Shown one piece after another: positions 15,501 to 27,500 of a DNA stretch of 64,000 nt. Under the pieces are notes generated by a model, which saw nothing but the letters and a program-made list of their open reading frames with translations, did no database searches and was not told where the DNA came from. The translations under genes and the position numbers were made by a program. The stretch is taken from positions 4,870,267-4,934,266 of the forward strand of contig NW_002060947.1 of NCBI RefSeq assembly GCF_000150275.1, written 5' to 3'. Every line of letters begins with the position of its first letter. The first letter of the stretch is position 1. This DNA comes from Trichoplax adhaerens (Eukaryota > Animalia > Placozoa).

Positions 15501-18500
15501 AATAGGAAGTTCTATATCATCTTAGCACATTTTCTATTTTGTAGGCGCCTATCTGGTAATCAGTTAACAACAATTCCATCAAGCGCTTTTATTAATCTAC
15601 CGAATCTGGAGCTAATGTAAGATTTTCTCTTTTACTTAACTAATCATTTAAATCAGTTTTAGTTTTTCTAATATAAACCAGTAAACAATTCGCTTGTAAG
15701 AATATCTAATAATCATGTCATAATAATTTTTCCAATATTACGATAATTTGCTATAACACAGATTAATTGTTATGATCTGTCTGCTAATTCATAACCTGTA
15801 CTTGTTTCTATTATTTAGTTTTTTAGCTTTTAACTTTATCGAAAATCTGAACGAAAAAACGTTTGATAATCTTGGGAAACTTCAATTCTTGTTAGTCTAG
15901 AATTTGACTTTGCAGTTTATTTTGCAATATTTGGCTGAGGTAGATCCAGTCTTAAGATTAATTAGCTCTCGTAAATATTTTTCATCTTCGACAGGCAATT
16001 GGGAGCCAACCGAATAAAAAGATGCAATCATAAAGTATTTTCGACTTTGCGAACATTACAGATATTGTAAGCTAGCAATAATTAAAATCAAAATTTGTAA
16101 TTGAAAAAGATGCGATAAATACCATGGTTCATTTTTCAGGGATTTATCCGTTAATCAATTATCCTTTGTTGAAGATTATTGCTTTAAAGACATGACTTCT
16201 TTATATGGAGTGTATGTATTTAACGTTTTGATAATACCTACCATCTTAAGTTTTACCGGTAGTAGTAATAACAATAATTGTTCATATTGATAATGAACTA
16301 AATTTTAATGTCTTCGCATACAATCAATGTAATGTATGCATTATTCATGAATCGATGTTATCGAGCAAAATGCTTATATCTCGAACAAAACTTCCTACTA
16401 GTCAAATTACATATTATAACAAATGTAGGCTTACAATAATAACTATTGTGCCTATCTTTTTAAAAAGCCAAAATATCCAATCAGAGCAATCTATACAATG
16501 CTGTATGTTATGTCCTTTAAATTCTAAATAAGAAGATAAAATTTCAAGCTTCCGAAGTTGTAATTACTGTCATGAAATGGATTAAGTGGTTTTTAAAGTT
16601 AAATGACGGATTGAAGCAATTGCAACTGAAACAATTATCACTCACTATAATAATTTCAGATCGTTAGCTAAAAATCAACTTAAAACAATTGGCTCCAATT
16701 CATTTTATGGCTTGAGAAATTTAGTAGAAATGTAAGAGCTAATTATATCAATTAAGAAGAAAATTTAAGTTGTATTGAAACGTCATAAAGTGTCCAATGT
16801 TTTCTACAGGTTTCTAGATGCCAATCAAATCCAAGATATTCACCCTAATGCTTTCAGACACCTTAATCGAATCAAATTAATGTAATATACTTTATGTTTA
16901 ATGAGCAGTATCTTTATTGCATTTATACATCAACAAACCTATTTAAGTATGCAACTTTGACAGAATGCTACAGGATAACCGACTGCAGACGATCGAGGAC
17001 AATTACTTTTCCAATTTGAGTACATTGAAAGAACTGTAAGGGATTAAGATGAAACTACTATTACTACCAAATATATATATATACCTTTACAAAAAAGTAC
17101 AAGCTAGTGAACTAATGATATCTCTTACCATTTAGTTACTTACAAAGAAACAGGATTGAAACGATAAGCGATCAATCATTTACGGGATTATACAGCCTAA
17201 ATATAATGTATTATGAAAAAATTTTTCCTTTATTAATATATAACGTTTTACGGCATTTAAATTTTTAAAGAGCTTTAAATATTAGTTCTTATACTTATCA
17301 AAGTATTATAAATATCATAAAGCATTCTTGAATTATCCTTCAGAAATATTTCCAGCAATCCAATACATCGGATTGCTAGCCAAGCTTTAAATGATTTACA
17401 TAATTTAACGATACTGTAAGTTAAAGCACTTATTACACTTTTAGGCTATTAAAATAAATACAAAATAGGATATCTTTATTACTAGTACTAGAAATTCCTT
17501 AGACTATTTTATAAACAGTAAAACTTAAAAGTTAACTTAAAATTCTATTAACTATTAACCAAGCATAATTTAATTGATTAATTGATACAATGGAGCAAAA
17601 TTATATATTTTATCGTCTTTATTTGTCAGTCTTCAAGTTATAGTAAATCTGCTAATCTTTAATGAATAACTACACAGACATAGTTTAGAATTATATCATA
17701 TTGTAGTTGATTAGAATTGTTGTAGTTGCAACGTATAACAATTATATTACTGTCCTAACATATGGCTCTAATATAACTTTAGGAGACTCAAAGCGATTTC
17801 CTTAGATGCCATTCCATATGGTTTATTCCGGTCTACATTCAATTTAGCAACTTTGTTAGTTGTTTTCCAACTTATTTAAATTAAATTGCGTCACTTTAGT
17901 AGTATCATCCTAGGAAAAATTCAATTGTTAGCTTATAATTGATATATGATTTACTTACACAGCTGTTAGATCTATAGTAACCACACTTTATTGATAGGGA
18001 CTTGACAAACAGCGGCATAAAACGCCTTGGAAGCAACAATTTCAACAATTTATTTCATTTACAGTCTATGTAAGATTTTGATGACCTTATAATATTATAC
18101 AGATAATACTATAATAAATATTGTATACTAAGTATGAATAATATAAAGTGTAAGTAATTTAAGTATATCCTCCTGAAAAAAATTCGGTATACGTATTTTA
18201 TCCTATAGGGATTTATCCTCAAATGGAATAGGTTATATACCCCCATACGCTTTTAATGTTTCAGATCCAAGCCATGTCAATCGATTGTAAGTATCTAAGC
18301 AGTAATTTTACGCAGAATAGAAGCATCAATTGGTATTATGGTTTGAAATGCTAAACGATGCGGTCCAAAAATTCCCCGATTAAAATGATATTTCTTCTAT
18401 GTTTCAGCTTTTCTGTTCGCTCTTCTGAGTTACTAATTTAGCTAGCCTTATATTGATAGTAAAGCGATGTCAGCTGCTATATCACCCTCTCATTTTATTT

Positions 18501-21500
18501 AGTGACCTGAAATATTTTACCTTATTCTAAGATAAAATACTTCGATAACAAAAGTTTTACTAGATTTATTCTGAATTATATAATCAAATTTGTACTAATA
18601 TGCATCAATTATTGATACTTAGGCAATTACAAAACAATTTTATCTCCGTTCTTGATCGACATGCTTTTGATGGGTTATATTCACTACAAACTTTGTAAGT
18701 AAAGTTTATATATAGTGAATACGTCCATACCTGTCATTACATCTGCTTAAATTTTATAGTTTGTTCCTCTTGAACATGATTTATTTACATGAGTATTCAA
18801 GCGAGAGTTTACAATTCCGGAAATTGTCGAAGCATTAAAATTATAGCACATCAGATATCCAATTTATCTAATCAATTTAAACATGATATCAAAGATATAA
18901 TTTCTATAGTCTATATTTAATAATAGGAATAGAAGCTTAGATCGTTAGAAACGACAGTAGAAGAAATAACAAAAATCCTCCATACGGCTGTCAAAATTTG
19001 TAGTTTATTAGTGTCACAAAACAGCTTTGCAACAAGATAACGCAATATACGATCAATAAGTCAATTCCTTGAACCTCGTATCAAGGAACGATATCTGTAC
19101 TATCACGAACACTTTTGTTCTACTAGCAGACTACACTAAGACTTTAACGCCTCGTATTTTACGTTAAACACTAAGTTGGAGAAATTATCTTTATTTCACG
19201 ATATACTGCATTTATATACTACTCCTCAATAGTTCATGAGTCATAGTTAATACAATTAATATTGGAATCATTTACTGAATTAGGTATTAATTTTAGCTAC
19301 TGCTCCCTTAATGCAGACAACAGTATTTACGAATATTGACATATAATGACTAATACAGAATAGTCAGATTACGATATGTCCTATCACGGAACATTTCCAT
19401 GATAATTTACTGTCTACCATAAGTATATTACAATCACAATGATTCGAACTGTAAGTAGATGATTTGCATTCCCTATTATAACTATTAATTTCAGTATGTG
19501 TATAAGTATCACTGTCATAAAAAGTCAGTGCTATATTAAAACACAGTATATCCAAATTAGAAGTTAACTAAATAAGGATAGTCTAACAGAATTATCCTAA
19601 CATAGTTATTTCTACTGTAATACAGTATTTAACACTGTAACAATTAGTAATACAAAAATACAGTTTTAGTCAAAGATATTTCCGAATATATAAATATGTT
19701 GGATTATAATTTAGCAGTAGTATTCCTGTTCTTTAAGCAATAGGATTGTTCAAAGAAATATAATCAATATTTATCAGTTAAGGAAGATTATATGTATATA
19801 GGAAATTTTTCTATCGTAATTTTAAATGCTTGGTTACGGATATGTGATGTTAAAAACCTGATAATGATTTACAAATTTGCATAAGAAATGAAATGTAGCT
19901 TTATGTTTGAAGTTAATTAGCATACAACAAGCGATATTTGTTTTTATGACTAATGAATTTCATATCATGTAATATCAGATGTTTAGAAAGAAATAAGCTC
20001 CTGCGAATTCTTGATGGAACGTTTTCATCACTGACTTCACTAAAAGTCTGTAAGTGCATAATACAAGATCNNNNNNNNNNNNNNNNNNNNNNNNNNNNNN
20101 NNNNNNNNNNNNNNNNNNNNGTTGTTAATAATTGTGAAATATAACTGTATTTGAAAATGTTTTATCTCTCGGTATTTTATTTTATGTTAAGTTGGTTGGA
20201 TGGCAATAAGATACAATCTCTTTATGAAATTAATTTGCGAAATTTTCCATCGTTTCAATATCTGTAAGTCATATTGTAGTACATCGTAATGGAACTTGTA
20301 ATACCATTTACCGCAACTGAAATTATTTTAGCTCCTGTCTTATTAGTAGCATATAAATACAGTCAAAGTTGATTAAATGCATGAAATTAGCTACAAAATC
20401 AGTTATCGAACGAGACCAAAATGTTTAAGAAATCTAGACAGTTTACTGCTACGGTAACCTACAGAGTGCAGACCTAAAATAACTCTTTAAAGTTGTTATT
20501 TTAGTAAAGTATTCTGTCACATTTTCCTAAATTACAGTGGTTTATCAAGAAACTCATTATCAGATGCAGAAAACACACACAATAGTTGGGTTTTAACCTC
20601 AAGTCGAATCCTTTACGTGTAAGTTAATTATATTTGCAAATTTCTTGTATAACAAGCCAATCACAATGATTGGCGAATCTAATAATTATCGGTGTTCTTA
20701 ACACGGATTTCATTTGATGTTTAACCCCATTCTTTAATATAGTGATTTGTCAAATAATGCTTTAAACCAAATGCTATATTTAGTTGGAATCGAACACGAT
20801 CAAATTAAGATGTTGTAAGTATCGTACTCGTATTTTTCACTAATTGAAATTACAGTATATTTTGATTATGTCGATAAAGACTCTTACGAAATTGGCAATT
20901 ACAGCCTTAAAAAACGATTTAAAAGAACTATCGTACTGTATTTAATTAATATTGTGAAATTTAAGTCAGTTCATTAAGATAGGCACTTTAATTTATCATG
21001 GTTACATATAGAAATGTAATTAGACAGATTTTTAATTATTCATATAAAGTATATGCCTTGTAGTAATTCATAGTTGCTGATATTAAGCAGATAAATTATC
21101 ACTACTACTAAATGTAGTGAAGTCTTTAATAATCAATATATGTTTATGGCAATTTACCGCTTTTTTTCGTATAGCCTCCTATTTCCAACTTAAATTTCTA
21201 TAATTTATTAATAATTAAGTACGATTTAATTTTATATTTACACAGAAATTTGTCTGGGAATTACCTTACTTCTGAGTCGCAAATCGACTTGCATCGATAT
21301 AAATCGCTGGTTCAGCTGTAAGATTTTACGATCACTATCAAATTTATAATTACGACAAAGGACTTCATGAATGATCTAACTAAAATAAATTTTTAATGCA
21401 TACTATAGAGATTTATCTAATAACAGAATTAGTGAGATGACAGTTTCTTGGTTTGGTGGTTTACCAACTTTCTTGAGGCCATTAGCAAGCTTGTACGCTA

Positions 21501-24500
21501 GCTAAATCACACTAGTATAGCTGACGTGTAGAACTTCAATCAATAATAGTCCTTTGACTCTTTTTTAACAACGTAAAATTAAAATGCTGTTAATATTACG
21601 ATTTCCATAGATACATCAATAACAATCATTTGGAACATATTCATACTTCGGCCTTTCAAGCATTGCAAAATCTTTCAACTTTAATGCTGGACTTTAATTC
21701 TTTAAGCGATTTAACATTCCTGTCCAAATTGAACAATTTACACACACTGTATGATTTTATATCATATACTTTCGTAGCATTAAATTAAAAATAATCATCT
21801 CTGAAGTTAATCACAATAAAATTAAGTTCTAGCTATTCTAATATAAATTCTTTGTTCATTTTAAACAAAGTTATCTCTAATTCAACAGTTCTATTCGCAA
21901 TAATTATCTATCAAGTATAAAATTGGAATCATCCTGGAATTTTTCTAAATTGAAAATACTGTTAGTATACAACCTTTGTTTACCTTACAAGAATGTTACG
22001 ATTACAATGGTAAAAAGTCTAAGGTAGCATATTCTATTCATAAATAATGTGTTTAGGAATTTAGCTAACAATTACATCGACACTCTTTACAATGGCACAT
22101 TTGCACCTGCTACAAACCTAACGATTTTGTAAGTTTCAACTGTATGGCGAAGTTTTTATAACAAATACGATAGTAATTTACTTATCATCCGAGGCTATTC
22201 TATGTTTCAATAAATTACGTAGTAATAAATCGGTAATATTTTGGATACGATTCTAGACATTGTTACAGGTGAAAGTTATTGGAATTGCGTATTAATATAA
22301 ATAATTACGTCGATATTAATATTAGAACCCTATCAGGAAATCTTATTCACTCCATTTCTGAATTCGCTTTCAAAGATCTAACAAAATTAACGGAATTGTA
22401 AGTTGATCTGATAGTTCTATGTCTTAATTTAAAGTTATTGCTTGTTTGCGAGATCTTAAAGTAATGAAAATTATAGCTAAAGGCAATAATTTCGATTTTC
22501 CCGAAAGTAAATTCTACGTGATTTTTTAGGGCTAGCTGGTATAATCTGTATTGCATAATTGTTACCGTAGTGATTAACTTGTTTAATCACTATAACTAAT
22601 CAATTTATGAAATTCAAACATTGTCCAATTTGATTTACTTTAGTAATATTTAAAAAATATTTGATGTAATATTACTCATTGCCTATAATTAATGCAGCAA
22701 TCTATTTGTATATGCTATGCTGTCTTGCTACTTGATTGAATACAATTGCTCTTAAAATTTGAAAGGAAAAGTTATAAATCTGTTGATGCAAACTATTCTG
22801 TGATTATCTTCGAATAGAAGCTCTTTCATGCTTTGATCTTCAATCTCTACTTTAGATATTTAGCAAACAATCGACTCAAAAATATCGAAAGGTTCCTACG
22901 AAATGATTTTAGATGTTTGAATACGCTGTAAGTTGATTTAGTTAGGACTGATGGTCACATATAATTGTTTCGGATCGATTAGTTATTGTTGAAGAAAGTT
23001 TAGTTACTTTAATAGTGTTCTATGTCTTTAACTTCGTTTTGTTTAAAAGCTAACTATTATTCAGATTTCAGTTTAGTTGCTTTCATTTCTTTAATTGTCG
23101 AATTTGAATGTAGCTGTTTGATTATAATTATGTTATTAATATTCTGCATACAGCAACTTTAGTACTTCATACCTATCGGTTAGTCTTTATTTTCTACATT
23201 CAAATTCCGATTTTAGATTAAGCAATAGTAATCAATTTTAATATTACTTTTACTATTACTTGTCTTGGAGGTTATAAGATGTATAATTTTGAAACTATTA
23301 TTATTAGTGATGTTTCTTCAAATCAGATCCAGTTTATTTCGTCAGAGGCTATGCATAATTTGCCGCAACTTCAAAGATTGTAAGTAAAGTCTTAGATAAT
23401 CAAACTACTAAATAGATCATATTAATAAGGAATTCTGGTTTAATGTTACTCTTACAACACAATTTGTTACTAGCGAGTAACGTAACACTTAATATCTTAC
23501 CTATAATCTCCCGGTTTACAGATTATTACCTAGTTGTTTTAAGTGTCTTTAAAAATTTACTGTAACATTGAGCAGATATACGCTTACGTCTACTTCGAAT
23601 TAATATTCAGATTCAAGCAAGTCACATTTTAAGTAAAATACAGATATAAAATTGTTATGTATACTATATGTGAACTTAAGGTATTACTCGTAATTGATAT
23701 CAGTATTCAAGCATTTTATCAATGAGATATTAAACTGAAAGCTATTACTTTAATCCTAGAATTCTAGATCATAATCTATTGACTGCAATACCATCTAGCG
23801 CTATTGGAAAGCTGATCAGTCTGGCACTAATGTAGGTGTTAATATCATAGCATAATAGATTTCATATAATATCGTTATATTGAAATATACATGTCTGTGT
23901 GATACGGCTGCTTATAGTATAGTAATGTTTATAATATTTGTAACGAATTATTTACAGATCTATCAATAATAATCGGTTGAACAATCTAACATGTAAAGGC
24001 TTTTCCAAGAGTATAGTTGAAATGTAAGTCATTCCACTTATTATTAATTAATTCTTAATTTAGGCTTCAATTAGTGAGAAAAACCAAAATTACGAAGATC
24101 TTTGATCTTCAATGTAAAGAATGTAACTTTAATATTAATTTAAGGTCTTAGATTCATATTGTAACTTTGGAGATTTTTAAAAGTAACTTTACAGTAACTT
24201 AGAGATACTTACCTTAGAAGATATAGATTACTATAGAAATGCAGTTTATTTAGAGTAGATATCAGAATAAGATTTTATACTTTTAGGAAGCATATTTTGA
24301 TTTGAAACTGAAATGGACCTGCTAGACTATTTACAGTATATAAATATATGTACGTTTGAATACTTCAGTAATTTTATAATTTTCGGCATCATTTCACTAG
24401 TACAGCATATCCGTATATTCGTATGAGATACGTTTGATAAATATAGCCACCAATAATACACATAATGCTAGTATCCCAGAAATTTTATAGAATATTTTCC

Positions 24501-27500
24501 ACAAATTCTTTATACTACATCCATTAGTTCTTTATATGTAGTATAATCTAAACTGCTAAACGTTACTACTATGTAATTACTTATATACCACTAGTATATC
24601 TAACAATTAAAGTTTGGGATTATTTATAATTCTATCCACATTTTTGATCTACTAATTGTAAAGGCAAGTTAGCCATAACCAGATTGAAAGTATTGATGCA
24701 AGCTGTAATGAAACATTCAAAAGATTAAGGAAAATGTATGAACACAATTACTTACTAATTATATTCTATCCTTATCACTTAAAATTTGTGGAAATTTGAA
24801 AAAGTGATAGTTTTGTATTAAATCGGATGCATCAAGATTTATTTAACTGATCTTTCAATTTGCCGTGGTTTTAGAGACGTTAGTTTTAATAAAATGGAAG
24901 CTCGTGGTATTAACATATATGATCAAATACTAAGCAAACTGGCGGCATACCCTAGAGTTGTGTGAGTAGTTTCCATTAAATCCAAGTAAATTATTTAAGT
25001 CGTGCTACGTGACTATCCTGGTGTATGCATTCGTTACATGGTAAATTTTTTAATCTTTATAGAATTAAGTAGTAGAACGTAAAATTTGTATTTACATCGG
25101 CGTGCGTAAGCTCGATGTGAGCATACTTCCCTTGCCCTTCCTCTTTTACAGTTTCACTAACAGAATATTGTTACAGTGTTATACACGGTAATATCGAGAT
25201 TATAGTAGAAACATCTATGTTAGGATGATTTTGTTGATTTACTCTTATATGAAGAGTCTCTAATTTAGATATGTGATATTTAAATATAGCATTAACTTTT
25301 ATGGTGATATATACAGCCTACTGAAATTAGCAGTTTAATTAGGGAATCGAGAATAATCTTCTTACAATTCAAATCACTGTGATTTGTAATTTACTTATGG
25401 TACATTATAGATTATCGTAGAAATGTTCCGTGATAGGACATATTGTAATCTGACAATTTTGTATTAATCATTCGATGCGTATGTTCGTAAATACTATTGT
25501 TTCATTATGTTGCAGTAGATAAAATTAGCTTTTGATTCATTATCAGGTTTCAACGTTAACATTACTCACTAGGATGTCTTTGCTATTGTAAAAGAGTATA
25601 CAAATGCGATAAATCGTATAATAAAATTAGCTCTTATGATTGGTGTTTAACGTAAGATACGAGGCGTCTAAGTCTTTTTGAGTCTACTAGTATAGGAAAA
25701 GTGTTCATGAAAGAGTACATACTGCTCCCTGATACATGGTTCAATGAATCGACTGATTAATCGTGCATTATGTTATCTTGTTGCAAAGCTGTTTTGTAAC
25801 AAATATCCATAATTATTTTCTAAATAAAGGTTACTTTTTTTCTTAGAAATATTGCTGGAAATGACCTTCATGACATTCCAGTCGATTATTTCAGATTGAA
25901 TTTATTTCTGCGATCCATGTGAGGATAGCTCGTTACTTAATTGACGGATATTTACAATTCATAATCTTACTTGTGTCATCTTTCACATAATGTTATACTT
26001 CATAAAGCAGTTGTAACTTATTAAATCTATAATTTCTTTTCGCGTAATCTTGCACCGATTCATCTCTTATTCCGAAATTTTAGTGATATCAGCTACAATC
26101 CATTAACCTTAGAGAAAATAGTCCAAATCGTTCAAGCATTATTCATCTCGCAAGACTGTCTCGAAAATTCGCAATTATTCCAATGCGGATACTCTATGTA
26201 ATGTTTCGTTATTATTACATTCATAGCAGAATTTTACAGATCAAAAATATTTTAAATCAACCTTGTCTTTCAACTGTAGCAAACTTGCCGGCATCAATCT
26301 TACAATGATTCCAAATTCCATTTTTTCACACATTAATGGCTACATTTCAGAATTGTAAGTATGTCTTCAAGCCCTATATTTGTACGTATTTCACTGACCA
26401 GTTGAAACTATAATGATTAGTGCGATAATTTTCTGGGTAGTATCATTTTTGCAATTAAAATCGAAGAAAGTTCTTTACAACATTTTACGTGATAGAGAAT
26501 ATACCGCAGCTGGTTCGATATGTTATTTGATGTATTATAAACAATCCAGATAGTGAGATTATTAAAATAAAATTTAAAATGCTACAATTTACAAGTCATA
26601 AAAGTATATCATCGTGATCTCCAATAGAATGGATTTATGGCTTTATGTTAGTTTTAAGATTAGAGTAATCTTCGTAAATGCAATTAGGTAAATTAATTAT
26701 GGCTACATCGATGAAATTAAGACAAAAAATTATTGTTAAACTCTATGAATAGATTATTTGTGATAATTTAATTGATGGATAGAAATATTATTATCTACAT
26801 TAGGAACCTTAACGACAATAATTTAACCTCTATGGATGGATCGGATATCTTCCAAAACTATGATGATAACCTAAAAGAACTGTAATAATAAGTTTGAAAT
26901 AGATTAAAGTTCTTATCCTCTAATAGTATTTCATGAGAACTTTTAAAATTTTTTAATTTTGCAAGACAACTAGCTAACAATAATATCAAGAATTTTACGA
27001 ATTATAAGCGTGTGGAATTTCGAAGTTTGCATACTTTGTAAGATTTTCTAAAATGAATAGGTTTAAATTGTAACTAAAGCTACAAAAATACAACTTTTGC
27101 AATGCTTGTTTATTTATTAATAATTTAATCCATTTAATTGATAAGCATTGATCTAAAATATGCATAAGGTGTCCTATATACGCGTATATTTTATTTTATT
27201 ATATTACTTCACTAATTTTATTAACTCATTTGAAATGTTAATTAACTATTATTTGATCTTTTCATAGGAATATTTCCGATAATTTGATAACAACCGATCT
27301 GTTAATGGAAGTTTTATCAATTTGCCCAAATTTAAACCAACTGTAAATCTATTAAGATATATCTTTAAAATTTAAATAATACGCTCAGAGTGATACCTTA
27401 TTTGAAAGATTCTTATAAAAACCGCAAATATTGACTTTTAACTGATTTCGTTATGTTGATAATATTCTAGTTACGTCAGTAATAATAATATTAGAACGTT

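Noticed and set aside
19364-19555. 63-aa ORF inside element copy A
   Set aside because: Non-ATG start, no transposase or integrase motif, and an indel in copy B disrupts the frame.
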